Assembly (NCBI GenBank): GCA_045540175.1
Contig: JAZQGU010000047.1
Span: 187-64,186 of the forward strand
Reading direction: 5' to 3'
From: Eubacteriales bacterium
GTDB lineage: Bacteria > Bacillota > Clostridia > Oscillospirales > CAG-272
Length of the DNA: 64,000 nt
This document shows, piece after piece, positions 1 through 10,081 of the stretch. Each line of letters begins with the position of its first letter. Position 1 is the stretch's first letter. Under the pieces are notes generated by a model that ran no database searches, was not told the DNA's origin, and saw only the letters and a program-made list of their open reading frames with translations. A program made the translations under genes and the position numbers.

Positions 1-831
1 ACCGGCGAAAGCGGCGTTGCGGCTCTTGCCGAAAAGGAAAAGTCTAAGTTCGCAGGCTGTGAGATCGAGGGCAAATCCCTCGGCGTAATCGGTCTCGGCG
101 CCATCGGCGGACTTGTAGCAAACGCCGCAAAGGGACTCGGAATGAAGGTATACGGATGTGACCCGTTCATCACCGTTGAAGCGGCATGGGGTCTTTCCCG
201 TTCTATTGAAAAGGCGGCAAGCTACGACGATATCTACGCTTCCTGCGATTATATCACCCTCCACGTTCCCGCAACCAAGGACACGACGGGAATGATCAAC
301 GCAGAAACGATCTCGAAGATGAAGGACGGCGTCAAGATCATCAACCTCGCAAGAGCAGAGCTTGTAGATTCTCAAGCTATGATCGAAGCAATAAACAGCG
401 GTAAGGTCTCGGCTTACGTCACCGATTTCATCACCGACGATCTCCTCGGAGTATCGGATAAGATCGTCTGCATCCCCCACCTCGGCGCATCCACCGAAGA
501 GAGTGAGGACAAGTGCGCTATCATGGCGGCAAAGGAGCTTATAGAATATCTCGAGAATGGTAACATCAAGAACTCCGTAAACTTCCCGAACGTTGAGCTT
601 CCTCATAACGGCGACGTGCGTATCTGCATCATGCACAGAAACGTAGCAGGTGTCCTCTCGAAGATCTCGACTGCGATGGCAGAAGAAAACATCAACATTG
701 AAAACATGGTAAGCCGCAGCCGCGGTAACTATGCTTATACAGTAGTTGAAGTAATCGGACAGGTATCCGATGCGGCGCTCGCACAGATCACCGCTATCGA
801 AGAGACCATCCGTATCAGAGTAATATCTTGA
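1..831 (+). CDS. serA: D-3-phosphoglycerate dehydrogenase (5' truncated by window edge)
   Basis: Frame is open from base 1: GKSLGVIGLGAIGG Rossmann motif, INLARAELVD, PHLGASTEE, C-terminal ACT domain (HRNVAGVL). Confidence 0.9.
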   Translation, partial: TGESGVAALAEKEKSKFAGCEIEGKSLGVIGLGAIGGLVANAAKGLGMKVYGCDPFITVEAAWGLSRSIEKAASYDDIYASCDYITLHVPATKDTTGMINAETISKMKDGVKIINLARAELVDSQAMIEAINSGKVSAYVTDFITDDLLGVSDKIVCIPHLGASTEESEDKCAIMAAKELIEYLENGNIKNSVNFPNVELPHNGDVRICIMHRNVAGVLSKISTAMAEENINIENMVSRSRGNYAYTVVEVIGQVSDAALAQITAIEETIRIRVIS

Positions 832-1295
832 TCGCGGCGTTTTATAAAGCCTGCGGTAAGACCTACGAAGAACAGCACAAGGCGGCATATGAGCTTCTCT
901 ATGCCGCCGCTTCTATTCTGGGTCTGACCGTCGGACGGGTAGAAAAAGACGAAAACGGCAAGCCGTTTTTCCCCGATCAGCCGAACGTTTTTTTCAGTAT
1001 CGCGCATGCAGACGGAATGGCGGCGATAGCCATCGGCGACGCAAAATGCGGAATCGACGTCGAGGGAGAGCGCAAGGTGTCGGAGCGCATACGTGAAAAG
1101 TATCTTAGCGGTGCCAAGGAGGAGGAAGCACTTCTCCGCTGGACCGAGCGTGAAAGCTACGGTAAATACGAGGGAAGCGGTTTTTTCGCCGAGCCGAATT
1201 ACGAAAACGTGTCGTTTACGACCTTTTTCGTCAACGGCTTCACGGTAACTGTTTGCACAGATATAAACGAAACGGTGGAAATAAAAGAAATATAA
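828..1295 (+). CDS. 4'-phosphopantetheinyl transferase (Sfp/EntD-like, short)
   Basis: GKP..FSIAH..GIDVE..WTERESYGK motifs; TTG start overlaps the serA stop. Confidence 0.8.
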   Translation: MIAAFYKACGKTYEEQHKAAYELLYAAASILGLTVGRVEKDENGKPFFPDQPNVFFSIAHADGMAAIAIGDAKCGIDVEGERKVSERIREKYLSGAKEEEALLRWTERESYGKYEGSGFFAEPNYENVSFTTFFVNGFTVTVCTDINETVEIKEI

Positions 1296-1322
1296 ACAGG
1301 CGGCATTAGTCGCCTGTTTTTT
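1294..1322 (+). terminator. Rho-independent terminator
   Basis: AAACAGGCGGC-ATTA-GTCGCCTGTTT followed by a T tract. Confidence 0.7.
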
Positions 1323-1546
1323 AGCCTTCCCCTCAGGGGAAGGTGGCTGCGACGAAGGAGCAGACGGATGAGGTGTAGCCGTCAAAGACGGCGTTGCATT
1401 TATGATGCAACATTGTTTATATAACGGTTGCTTCGCAACCTATACCTCGGGAACCCCCAAAACTCGCATTCGCTCGTCTTGGGGAACCCCGTTCACCTCA
1501 TCCGCCTCGCTATGCTCGGCACCTTCCCCTGAGGGGAAGGCAAGAC
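1323..1546. repeat. REP-like cluster A: inverted pair of CCTTCCCCTCAGGGGAAGG..GGATGAGG units with a nested GGAACCCC module
   Basis: Same palindromes recur near 5935, 9260, 19400, 53150 and 60950. Confidence 0.85.
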
Positions 1547-1613
1547 AACGCCTCGATACTTCGACACGCCCATCCCTACAAAAATGTGGCAAAACCTTTA
1601 AGCGTTTTCCCCC

Positions 1614-1642
1614 TTGAAATCCTTACAGAAATATGTTATACT
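1614..1642 (+). promoter_or_regulatory. SigA promoter
   Basis: TTGAAA-N17-TATACT with extended TG. Confidence 0.6.
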
Positions 1643-1676
1643 GAAATGTAATACACCTTGAAAGGAAAAAAATATC

Positions 1677-2423
1677 ATGTCAGAATCCAGAATCCTCGCC
1701 TCGGTAGGCGGAATAAATATCACCGAAGCAGAAGTAAACGAAGCAATTCTTTCGATGGGCGAAAGAGGCCGTTCGCTTATGAACCCCCAGGGACAGAAAA
1801 TGGTCCTTGAACAGCTCATTAACCGTAAGCTTCTTCTCGCAGGCGCAAGAAAAGAGCTCCTTGAGTTCGACCCCGAGTTCAAAAAGCAGCTCGCCCTCGC
1901 AAAGGAAGAGCTGCTCACAAAGTTTGCTATCAGCCGCGCGATCGAAAACGTAAAGGTCACCGATGAAGAAGCAAAGAAATTCTACGACGAAAATCCCGAC
2001 CGCTTCAACGCAGGCGAAAGTGTAAACGCAAGCCACATTCTCGTAGACAGCGAGGAAAAGGCAACCGAGATCCGCACAGAGATCGAAAGCGGAAGCATCA
2101 CCTTCGCCGAAGCCGCAAAGAAGTACAGCTCTTGCCCGTCGAAGGAAAACGGGGGCGAGCTCGGTGCCTTCGGACGCGGACAGATGGTAAAAGAATTTGA
2201 GGACGCGGCGTTTTCTATGAACGTAGGCGAGCTCTCTGCTCCCGTTAAGACCCAGTTCGGCTTCCACCTCATTCTCTTGAACGAAAAGAGCGAATCGACC
2301 GTACTCTCCTACGACGAGATCGCTCCCCAGCTCAAGGAACAGCTTCTCAGCGAAAAACAGCAGAAGGCCTTCGCATCAAAGATCAATCAGCTTAAGATCC
2401 TCTTCCCCGTAGATCTCTTCTAA
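1677..2423 (+). CDS. Parvulin-type peptidyl-prolyl cis-trans isomerase (PrsA-like, no signal peptide)
   Basis: ASHILV..FAEAAKKYSSCPS..GGELG.F..GQMVKEFE..PVKTQFGFHLI rotamase motifs. Confidence 0.9.
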   Translation: MSESRILASVGGINITEAEVNEAILSMGERGRSLMNPQGQKMVLEQLINRKLLLAGARKELLEFDPEFKKQLALAKEELLTKFAISRAIENVKVTDEEAKKFYDENPDRFNAGESVNASHILVDSEEKATEIRTEIESGSITFAEAAKKYSSCPSKENGGELGAFGRGQMVKEFEDAAFSMNVGELSAPVKTQFGFHLILLNEKSESTVLSYDEIAPQLKEQLLSEKQQKAFASKINQLKILFPVDLF

Positions 2424-2441
2424 TTAAGAAAGGAAATAGTC

Positions 2442-4562
2442 ATGTCACCTGCATTGATAACACTCATCGCATGGTCCCCGTTTCTCCTTCTCGCACTTAT
2501 ATTCGGCATAGTATTCGCTGTTAAGGGCTTCAAAAGAGGCTCAGCGCTCGCGGGAATATCGATCGGCATAACAGTCGTCTCCTGTATTCTCTCCATAATT
2601 ATTGCAAGACTCATTGCGACGGGAGTCGCAGGCATCTTCTCCCCGATGCTCTCAAGCTTTCTCCAGAGTGCCGGTTTAAAGGGCGGATCGGGCGAGATCG
2701 CTAAGCTCGCTACAAGCATCGCGGCGGCATTTGCATCGCTGATAATCTACGTTCCCGTATTTATCATTCTCGCATCGGTGCTCAAGCCAGTTTCAGCCTT
2801 TCTCTTCAAGAAGATCATTCCGAAGCCAAAGCACGCTGTAAACAAGGTGTTCGGTCTCTCGATCTCCATAGTCGACGCTCTTCTTCTCGCAATACTCGTT
2901 ACTCTTCCGCTTTACGGCACGCTCGCACTTGCCGACGACTTCATCGACACTTTTTCATATAAGAACGACGACGAAGTAAAGGAGTACCTGTCCGCAGCAA
3001 CCGACCCCTTCATCGTTGACGTTGCAAGCGTTCCTCCCTTCTCGACCGCGTACGATACGCTTATGTCCTGCAAAATAGGAAACACCACAGTCAGCGTCTC
3101 GGGAACCGTCCGCGAGGCGGCAGTTGTCCTCCGCCACGCGAAGGTACTGAACGGCTTGAAGGACGGCTACTTCAGCAAGAAGGACGTTCTCACGCTTCTC
3201 AACAGCGCCGAGTCGCTTCTCACCGATAATAAGTTCGCAACCGATTTCGCCTGTGAATATCTGAACGACAATATCCCCTCCGTCAAGGTGCCGGGAATCG
3301 GAAAGATCAAGCTCGGCGAGTATTACCCCTCGCTTTCCGACAGCAAACAGCTCCGAAAGGATCTCCCCGCCTTCTTTGATCTCGCAGAGGCAATGGTAAA
3401 GAGCGGAATGCTGGAGACTCTTTCGTCGAAGGATAAGGATATGTCAAAGGTAGACGTCGACGTCATGACGGAAGCGTTCGGAGATACCCTCAATCACTCC
3501 ACAGCACTTGCTACCTTCAAGAGCAAGATGCTGAACACACTCGTTGATACCCTTTCTAAGGATATTTTAAACGAGGGCAAAGACAAGGACGGCTCTGTCA
3601 AGGCTCTCTGCGATGCCATCGCATCTATCCCTACAGAGCCCCTTAACGACGCAGACGCAAAGAAAGAGGGAGAATCCTTCTACCTCATCGTTTCAGGCGC
3701 AGTAACCTCTTCAAACAAGAAATCCAGCGCAAAGGGACTCGGAATGCTCCTCGAGGGCCTTGCACGCCACCCGAAGGTAGGCGTTGATAAGGTTATGGAC
3801 GCGGCAGGAACCATACTCGGAGAAGCGGGTATGAACCTCTCCAACTCCCTCCTTGACAAAATGGAGCTCAACCTCGTTCAGTCTGTAAATAAACCCATCG
3901 CTCTTCACTCCTTCGGTAACTATTGCCAGACCGCTTTCAAAGCGGCAGACGCTTTATCGAATCTCGCGGGAATAACCGGCGAAAGCGGTAATAACAGCGG
4001 CAGCGGAAGCAGCGGCGGCAACAACGATGCAAACAAGGAAGATGCAAAGGAACAGGCAAAGGAAAGCCTGAAGGACCTCATCGTAGCCGATAAGGAATCC
4101 CTTGAAGCAGTCAAGGATACCGTCAGCACCGACCTTATGGAAGACCTCGGAATCGAAAAGGAATATGCAGAGACCTTCAAGAACGTCGTCGACGTAACCT
4201 TTGACGCAATAATCGACGAGGAATGCACCGAGGAAGAGGCTGAAAAGGAAGCAGAAGCTCTCAGCGGTATTCTCGGAGCCGTTACCGAACTGACCGGTGA
4301 TCCCGATGCGGCAGAGGAAAAGATCAATGAGCAGGCAAACGAGATAATCGAACAGTGCCTTGAATCAAAGGTCGTTACCAATATGGTTGAAAAGCTCACT
4401 CAGGAAGGAGAATCCGACCCGCTCGGAATTTTTGAAGAGCTCGCCCCCGACGTAAAAGAAACTGTTGAAAACACTATCAACGATTATATGGCAAAGGCAG
4501 AAACAGAAGAAGAGCGTGCAGCACTTGAGGCATACAAGCTCTTCGTAGGCTTGATGAACTAA
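2442..4562 (+). CDS. Hypothetical membrane protein (CvpA-like N-terminal TM region, large acidic helical C-terminal part)
   Basis: About four hydrophobic segments in the first 160 aa; AAAGGA RBS; sits in an operon. Confidence 0.6.
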   Translation: MSPALITLIAWSPFLLLALIFGIVFAVKGFKRGSALAGISIGITVVSCILSIIIARLIATGVAGIFSPMLSSFLQSAGLKGGSGEIAKLATSIAAAFASLIIYVPVFIILASVLKPVSAFLFKKIIPKPKHAVNKVFGLSISIVDALLLAILVTLPLYGTLALADDFIDTFSYKNDDEVKEYLSAATDPFIVDVASVPPFSTAYDTLMSCKIGNTTVSVSGTVREAAVVLRHAKVLNGLKDGYFSKKDVLTLLNSAESLLTDNKFATDFACEYLNDNIPSVKVPGIGKIKLGEYYPSLSDSKQLRKDLPAFFDLAEAMVKSGMLETLSSKDKDMSKVDVDVMTEAFGDTLNHSTALATFKSKMLNTLVDTLSKDILNEGKDKDGSVKALCDAIASIPTEPLNDADAKKEGESFYLIVSGAVTSSNKKSSAKGLGMLLEGLARHPKVGVDKVMDAAGTILGEAGMNLSNSLLDKMELNLVQSVNKPIALHSFGNYCQTAFKAADALSNLAGITGESGNNSGSGSSGGNNDANKEDAKEQAKESLKDLIVADKESLEAVKDTVSTDLMEDLGIEKEYAETFKNVVDVTFDAIIDEECTEEEAEKEAEALSGILGAVTELTGDPDAAEEKINEQANEIIEQCLESKVVTNMVEKLTQEGESDPLGIFEELAPDVKETVENTINDYMAKAETEEERAALEAYKLFVGLMN

Positions 4563-5845
4563 TGGACGAAATAAAACAGATTTATGAAACACTCGGAATT
4601 TCCCCGAAGGTATACGAACTCGGCGAGGAGATAATCTCCTCGCTTGAGAGCCGATTTAAGGAAATTGACAGAATATCGGAATATAACCAGGCAAAGGTTC
4701 TCCGTGCAATGCAGGAAAACCGAGTAAACGCAACTCACTTTGCCGCAACGACGGGCTACGGCTATAACGATTTCGGACGTGATAACCTCGAAAGAGTCTA
4801 CGCAGACGTTTTCCATACCGAAGCCGCACTCGTCCGTCCGCAGATAACCTGCGGTACGCACGCGCTTACCGTCGCACTCTCGGCCAATCTTCTCCCCGGC
4901 GACGAGCTTCTCTCCCCCGCAGGCGGACCGTACGACACTCTTGAGGAGGTCATCGGTATAAGAGAATCGCCCTGCTCCCTTAAGGAGTACGGAGTATCTT
5001 ACCGCCAGGTCGACCTGCTCGAGGACGGTACGTTCGACTACGAGAATATCGCAAAAGCGATAAATGAGAAAACGAAGCTCGTTACCATTCAGCGCTCAAA
5101 GGGCTATAAGACGCGCCCGACCTTCTCCGTCAAGCAGATAGGCGAGCTTATTGCGTTCGTCAAGAAGATAAAGCCCGAGCTTATCGTAATGGTCGATAAC
5201 TGTTATGGTGAATTCGTTGAGACGATAGAGCCGTCCGACGTCGGCGCAGATATGACTGTCGGCTCGCTCATCAAGAATCCCGGAGGCGGACTTGCTCCTA
5301 TCGGCGGATATATCGTCGGAACTCAGAAGTGCATCGACCGCTGTGCATACCGTCTCTCGGCACCCGGTCTCGGTCAGGAGGTCGGAGCAAACCTCGGCAT
5401 TATGCCGGCATTTTATCAGGGCTTCTTCCTCGCCCCGACAGTAACTGCGGGCGCGCTCAAGGGCGCAGTATTTGCCGCTAACGTGTACGAAAGACTCGGC
5501 TTCAGAGTCGTTCCGAACAGCGTAGAAAGCCGTCACGATATCATTCAGGCAGTCGAGCTCGGCTCGGCGGAAAGAATCATCGCGTTCTGCCGAGGAATTC
5601 AGGCGGCGGCTCCCGTCGATTCCTACGTCACGCCCGAGCCGTGGGCAATGCCCGGATACGATTCCGAGGTCATTATGGCGGCGGGCGCATTCGTGCAGGG
5701 ATCGTCTATCGAGCTTTCAGCCGACGGACCGATCCGTGAGCCTTACGCCGTCTATTTCCAGGGCGGCCTTACCTGGTACCACGCAAAGCTCGGCATCCTG
5801 ATGTCGCTCCAAAAGCTTTACGAAGCAGGACTTGTTGAACTGTGA
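4562..5845 (+). CDS. ynbB: PLP-dependent methionine gamma-lyase-like / aluminium-resistance family protein (YnbB)
   Basis: TTGYGYND.GRD, CGTHAL, VDNCYGEFVE, GSLIKNPGGG, FVQGSSIELSADGP. Confidence 0.9.
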   Translation: MDEIKQIYETLGISPKVYELGEEIISSLESRFKEIDRISEYNQAKVLRAMQENRVNATHFAATTGYGYNDFGRDNLERVYADVFHTEAALVRPQITCGTHALTVALSANLLPGDELLSPAGGPYDTLEEVIGIRESPCSLKEYGVSYRQVDLLEDGTFDYENIAKAINEKTKLVTIQRSKGYKTRPTFSVKQIGELIAFVKKIKPELIVMVDNCYGEFVETIEPSDVGADMTVGSLIKNPGGGLAPIGGYIVGTQKCIDRCAYRLSAPGLGQEVGANLGIMPAFYQGFFLAPTVTAGALKGAVFAANVYERLGFRVVPNSVESRHDIIQAVELGSAERIIAFCRGIQAAAPVDSYVTPEPWAMPGYDSEVIMAAGAFVQGSSIELSADGPIREPYAVYFQGGLTWYHAKLGILMSLQKLYEAGLVEL

Positions 5846-5850
5846 AGATA

Positions 5851-5877
5851 AAAAAGCACCCGAACGGGTGCTTTTTG
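5851..5877 (+). terminator. Rho-independent terminator
   Basis: AAAAAGCACCCG-AA-CGGGTGCTTTTT. Confidence 0.8.
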
Positions 5878-5933
5878 ATTTGTAGCGATGTCAGATTTAC
5901 AACTGACAGAAAAATAATTCGTCATGTTCCTTT

Positions 5934-6100
5934 ACCTTCTCCAGCGGGAGAAGGGGGACCACCGAAGGTGGTGGATGAGGTGTAGGTTGCGAAGCAACCG
6001 TATGCAAAAACAATGTAACATTTCACCCGAACACCTCATCCGTCCGAGGTTTACCTCTTAGACACCCTTCCCCTGAGGGGAAGGCAAGACACCGTGGCGA
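5934..6100. repeat. REP-like cluster B
   Basis: CCTTCTCCAGCGGGAGAAGG..GGATGAGGTGTAGG and inverted CACCTCATCC..CCTTCCCCTGAGGGGAAGGCAAGAC. Confidence 0.85.
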
Positions 6101-6150
6101 TTCTTCTCAATATTGGCAAAACTCCAAAACTCATTCCCCCAACATTTCCC

Positions 6151-6179
6151 TTGACAAATTTTCAAAACGGGTATATAAT
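6151..6179 (+). promoter_or_regulatory. SigA promoter
   Basis: Perfect TTGACA-N17-TATAAT. Confidence 0.8.
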
Positions 6180-6309
6180 CTAATTATGAAAGAAACGTGC
6201 GTCGGACTTGCAAAATTTGCCGACGTGCCTTTTCTTGTATTTTTTGACCCTTTTTATGCCAAACAGTGCAAGAAAACGACGGAAATCTCCCAAAAGGAAG
6301 CAAACAGAA

Positions 6310-7176
6310 ATGAAAAACGATCTTCTCGACAGAATAAAAGCCTCGCTCCCCAAATTTTCGAAGGGTCAAAAGGCGATAGGAAACTTCATTCTTAATAACT
6401 ACGACAAGGCGGCATTTATGACCGCATCGCGCCTCGGCGAGGTGACGAACGTCAGCGAATCGACCGTCGTCCGCTTCGCAACCGCCCTTGGCTATGAGGG
6501 ATATCCCGAGCTTCAGGTCGCTCTCCAGGAGCTCATTCGGATCCGCCTCACCTCGGTACAGAGAATGGAAGTAACGAACGACCGTATCGGCGAGGGCGAC
6601 GTCCTTGAAAGCGTCCTCAACTCCGATATGGCCAAGATAAGAAGCACCCTCGAGACCGTCAGCCGCGCCGACTTTACAGCCGCGTCCGATGCGATAGTAA
6701 AAGCAAAACGCATCTACATTATCGGTATGCGCTCAAGCGCCTCTCTTGCAAGCTTCCTTGCCTTCAATTTCAGATTTATGTTCGATAACGTCACCCTCGT
6801 ACAAACGACGAGCGGAAGCGAAATATTCGAGCAGCTTCTCCGAGTTTCCGAGGGCGACGTCGTAATCGCAATCAGCTTCCCTCGCTATTCAAAGCGTATA
6901 ATCAACGCAGTTGAGTTCGCTCACATGCAGGGCGCGCACATAGTCGCGCTCACCGATTCCGCGCTTTCCCCGATTGCAACTCACGCAGACAGCACCCTTT
7001 ATGCAAAGAGCGATATGGCGTCCTTCGTCGACTCTCTTGTCGCGCCCCTCAGCATAATAAACGCGCTCATCGTCGACATCGCAAGAACCAAGAAGGTCGA
7101 GCTTCAGAACGTATTCTCCCGCCTCGAGACGATATGGGACGAGTACGACGTTTACGATAAGGAAAGCCATATATAA
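6310..7176 (+). CDS. MurR/RpiR family transcriptional regulator (HTH + SIS)
   Basis: VSESTVVRFA..LGYEGY HTH and ISFPRYS SIS motif; start moved to ATG 6310 after AAGGAAG. Confidence 0.92.
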   Translation: MKNDLLDRIKASLPKFSKGQKAIGNFILNNYDKAAFMTASRLGEVTNVSESTVVRFATALGYEGYPELQVALQELIRIRLTSVQRMEVTNDRIGEGDVLESVLNSDMAKIRSTLETVSRADFTAASDAIVKAKRIYIIGMRSSASLASFLAFNFRFMFDNVTLVQTTSGSEIFEQLLRVSEGDVVIAISFPRYSKRIINAVEFAHMQGAHIVALTDSALSPIATHADSTLYAKSDMASFVDSLVAPLSIINALIVDIARTKKVELQNVFSRLETIWDEYDVYDKESHI

Positions 7177-8393
7177 TGAAAAAAATTGCAGTAATAGGCG
7201 GAGGCGCTTCGGGAATGATGGCGGCTGCACGCGCGATCGCAAACGGCTGCTCCGTCACGCTCTACGAAAGAAACGACCGCCTCGGCAGAAAGCTCGCAAT
7301 CACAGGTAAGGGCAGATGTAACGTAACGAACAACTGCGACCGTGATGAGTTTTTCAAAAACGTCCCTACAAACCCCCGTTTTCTCTACTCATCATACAGC
7401 AATTTCTCCTCACAGGACACGATGGAGTTTTTCGAAAGCCTCGGAGTACCTCTTAAGACCGAGCGCGGAAACCGCGTTTTCCCCGTTTCCGACAGAGCCT
7501 TCGATATCGTCGACGCGCTCGCAAATCTCGTTAAAAAGAACGTCGTTTACGCACGCGTAAGCGGAATTGAGGCGGAAAACGGTGAGATCGTCGGCGTTAA
7601 AATCGGCGGAAACACCATCCCTTACGACGCAGTCATCGTCTGCACGGGCGGAGTGTCGTACCAAAAAACCGGCTCAGACGGTGACGGGATACGCTTCGCG
7701 CGTTCCTTGGGCATCGAAACAGTCCCCTGCCGTCCGTCACTCGTTCCGATAGAGTCGCCTGACCGTCACTGCCAAGAAATGCAGGGACTTTCACTAAAAA
7801 ATGTGCGGATAAAAGCCGAAAACGAGAACGGAAAAACCGTTTACGAGGACTTCGGCGAGATGATGTTCACGCATTTCGGCGTAACGGGTCCGATGATACT
7901 TTCGCTCTCGTCAATGATCCCCGACCTCGGGGAGAAAAAATACACCCTCTACATTGATATGAAGCCCGCGCTTGACGAAAAGGAGCTTGACAATAGACTC
8001 CTTTCCGACTTCGGAAAAAGCCTCAACCGCGATTTCATAAATTCCCTTTCCGCGCTTCTTCCCTCCAAGATGATACCTACTTTCGTAAGAATGTCGGGGA
8101 TTTCACCCGACCGCAAGGTAAATTCGATCACAAAAGAGGAAAGGAAAGCCCTCGTTAATCTTCTCAAGCGCTTCCCCGTACGCTTAAGCGGCTTCCGTCC
8201 GATAAACGAAGCCATCGTCACAAAAGGCGGCGTCAGCGTAAAGGAGCTTAATCCCAAAACACTTGAAAGCAAGAAAATCAAAGGCCTGTATTTCGCAGGC
8301 GAGGTTATCGACGTCGATGCATACACGGGCGGATTTAACCTGCAGATCGCATTCTCGACCGCAGTCACCGCCGCAGACAGCGCGTCGTGGTAA
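7176..8393 (+). CDS. HI0933/YhiN/BaiN-family flavoprotein oxidoreductase
   Basis: GGGASGMMAA, GRKLAITGKGRCNVTN, GEVIDVDAYTGGFNLQ. Confidence 0.92.
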   Translation: MKKIAVIGGGASGMMAAARAIANGCSVTLYERNDRLGRKLAITGKGRCNVTNNCDRDEFFKNVPTNPRFLYSSYSNFSSQDTMEFFESLGVPLKTERGNRVFPVSDRAFDIVDALANLVKKNVVYARVSGIEAENGEIVGVKIGGNTIPYDAVIVCTGGVSYQKTGSDGDGIRFARSLGIETVPCRPSLVPIESPDRHCQEMQGLSLKNVRIKAENENGKTVYEDFGEMMFTHFGVTGPMILSLSSMIPDLGEKKYTLYIDMKPALDEKELDNRLLSDFGKSLNRDFINSLSALLPSKMIPTFVRMSGISPDRKVNSITKEERKALVNLLKRFPVRLSGFRPINEAIVTKGGVSVKELNPKTLESKKIKGLYFAGEVIDVDAYTGGFNLQIAFSTAVTAADSASW

Positions 8394-8525
8394 AAACGCG
8401 AAAGACATAGCGCCTTTAGGGCACTAATTTCGTCGAAAAAACGAATATTTTTTTCTTTACAAACAAATAAGCATATTGTATAATTGAAATATAGTAATTC
8501 AAATTAATAAAGGGAGATCGGATTT

Positions 8526-9227
8526 ATGAAAAAGATCTACACTGGCAAAACGAAGGACGTATTTGCACTGGAGAACGGAAATGTTCTTCTCAAGTTCAAG
8601 GACGATTGCACCGGCAAGGACGGCGTTTTCGATCCCGGAGAAAACTCGGTAGGACTCACAATCGAGGGCATCGGAAAGGCTAATCTTCAGACCTCCGTAT
8701 ATTACTTCGAGCTCTGCAAGAAGGCAGGAGTAAAGACACACTATATCTCCGCAAACATCGAAGATGCAACGATGGAAGTCATTCCCGCAGAAAACTTCGG
8801 CAAGGCTCAGGGCGGAAACGGACTTGAGGTCATCTGCCGTCTTGTTGCGACCGGCTCCTTCATCCGCCGCTACGGCGAATACATCAAGAACGGTACCCGT
8901 CTCGGTGACGGATACGTTGAATGTACCTTCAAAAACGACGCAAAGGGCGATCCGCTCGTAACAGGCGAAGGTCTTGTCGCTCTCGGCGTTATGACCGAGG
9001 AGATGTTTGCATCTCTTAAGGCACAGACGCTCGCAATCACCAAGATCGTTGCCGACGACCTTAAGACCATCGGCCTCGACCTCTGGGATATCAAGTTCGA
9101 ATTCGGATACACCAAGGAAGGCGAAGTCGTTCTTATCGACGAGATCGCATCGGGCAATATGCGCGTTTACGAGGGCGATACCATCGTAGAGCCCGTAGAG
9201 CTCACAAAGAAGATCCTTAACAGATAA
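8526..9227 (+). CDS. purC: SAICAR synthetase
   Basis: [35 protein letters not shown]. Confidence 0.9.
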   Translation: MKKIYTGKTKDVFALENGNVLLKFKDDCTGKDGVFDPGENSVGLTIEGIGKANLQTSVYYFELCKKAGVKTHYISANIEDATMEVIPAENFGKAQGGNGLEVICRLVATGSFIRRYGEYIKNGTRLGDGYVECTFKNDAKGDPLVTGEGLVALGVMTEEMFASLKAQTLAITKIVADDLKTIGLDLWDIKFEFGYTKEGEVVLIDEIASGNMRVYEGDTIVEPVELTKKILNR

Positions 9228-9230
9228 TTT

Positions 9231-9258
9231 AAAGAGGCGCTCACGAGCGCCTCTTTTT
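9231..9258 (+). terminator. Rho-independent terminator
   Basis: AAAGAGGCGCTC-AC-GAGCGCCTCTTTTT. Confidence 0.8.
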
Positions 9259-9259
9259 G

Positions 9260-9412
9260 GAATGTAACATCACACCCGAACACCTCATCCACCGCAGACG
9301 CAGCGTCTGCGGTCCCCCTTCCCCCGCTGGGGAAGGCTGACGACGCGGCGATTCTTCGACACGTTATTCGTAGGGGAGGGGCTTGCTCCTCCCGGGTAAA
9401 TACGATGTAACT
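9260..9412. repeat. REP-like cluster C (CCTTCCCC unit plus GTAG REP GTAGGGGAGGGGCTTGCTCCTCCCG)
   Basis: Near-identical reverse-complement copy at ~53144-53228. Confidence 0.85.
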
Positions 9413-9436
9413 CTATTTTCCCTCACGGAGAAACCA

Positions 9437-10081
9437 ATGACAAAATTTCTTTTGATCCGCCACGGCGAAAGTGAAACGAACCTCACGGGCGTCTTTACAG
9501 GTCAGTCAAATGCACCGTTGACCGAGCGCGGAATTCTTCAAGCAAAATGCACAGCCGAATACATAAAAAATAATTACAAGATCGATAAGGTCATCTCGTC
9601 CGATCTCGACCGCGCATTCGTAACGGGAAAAGCCGTCTCAGATCTCTTCGGGCTCGAAGTCACACAGACCCCCGAGCTCCGCGAAATATCGGCGGGTAAA
9701 TGGGAAGCTCTTCCGTTCAGCGACATAAAGGAAGCATATCCCGAGCTGTACGCAAGCTGGTTTGGAGATATAGGCGTCTGCCGATGCCCCGGTGGAGAAA
9801 GCGTTGCCGAGCTCGGCGACAGAGTTTTCAACTGCATGAAGCGTATAGCGGAAGAAAATCCAAATTCCACCATCGTCATAGCGACACACGCAACCCCGAT
9901 CCGCGCCCTACAGTCTGTCATAACGCACGGAAGCGTAAACGAAATGGAGCATATTAATTGGGTCTCAAACGCATCCGTTTCGACGGTAACATACGATAAC
10001 GGAAAATGGGAATTCGTTGAAGCAAGCCGCGACGAGCACCTAAAAGACCTTGTAACCGACGCGCTTAGCCACGTTAAATAA
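9437..10081 (+). CDS. Histidine phosphatase (phosphoglycerate mutase-like)
   Basis: LIRHGESE.N, SSDL.RA, LREI..G.WE, ATHA; GGAG RBS before ATG 9437. Confidence 0.9.
   Translation: MTKFLLIRHGESETNLTGVFTGQSNAPLTERGILQAKCTAEYIKNNYKIDKVISSDLDRAFVTGKAVSDLFGLEVTQTPELREISAGKWEALPFSDIKEAYPELYASWFGDIGVCRCPGGESVAELGDRVFNCMKRIAEENPNSTIVIATHATPIRALQSVITHGSVNEMEHINWVSNASVSTVTYDNGKWEFVEASRDEHLKDLVTDALSHVK

Noticed and set aside
828-1295. NRPS/PKS cluster implied by the PPTase
   Set aside because: No carrier-protein or synthase genes in the window
1402-1617. Short ORFs in intergenic clusters (also 19259-19630, 19403-19606 and 60888-61313)
   Set aside because: They are translations of palindromic repeats
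8423-8450. PurR box or purine riboswitch upstream of purC (AAAACGAATATT)
   Set aside because: Only one plausible half-site with atypical spacing and no aptamer core
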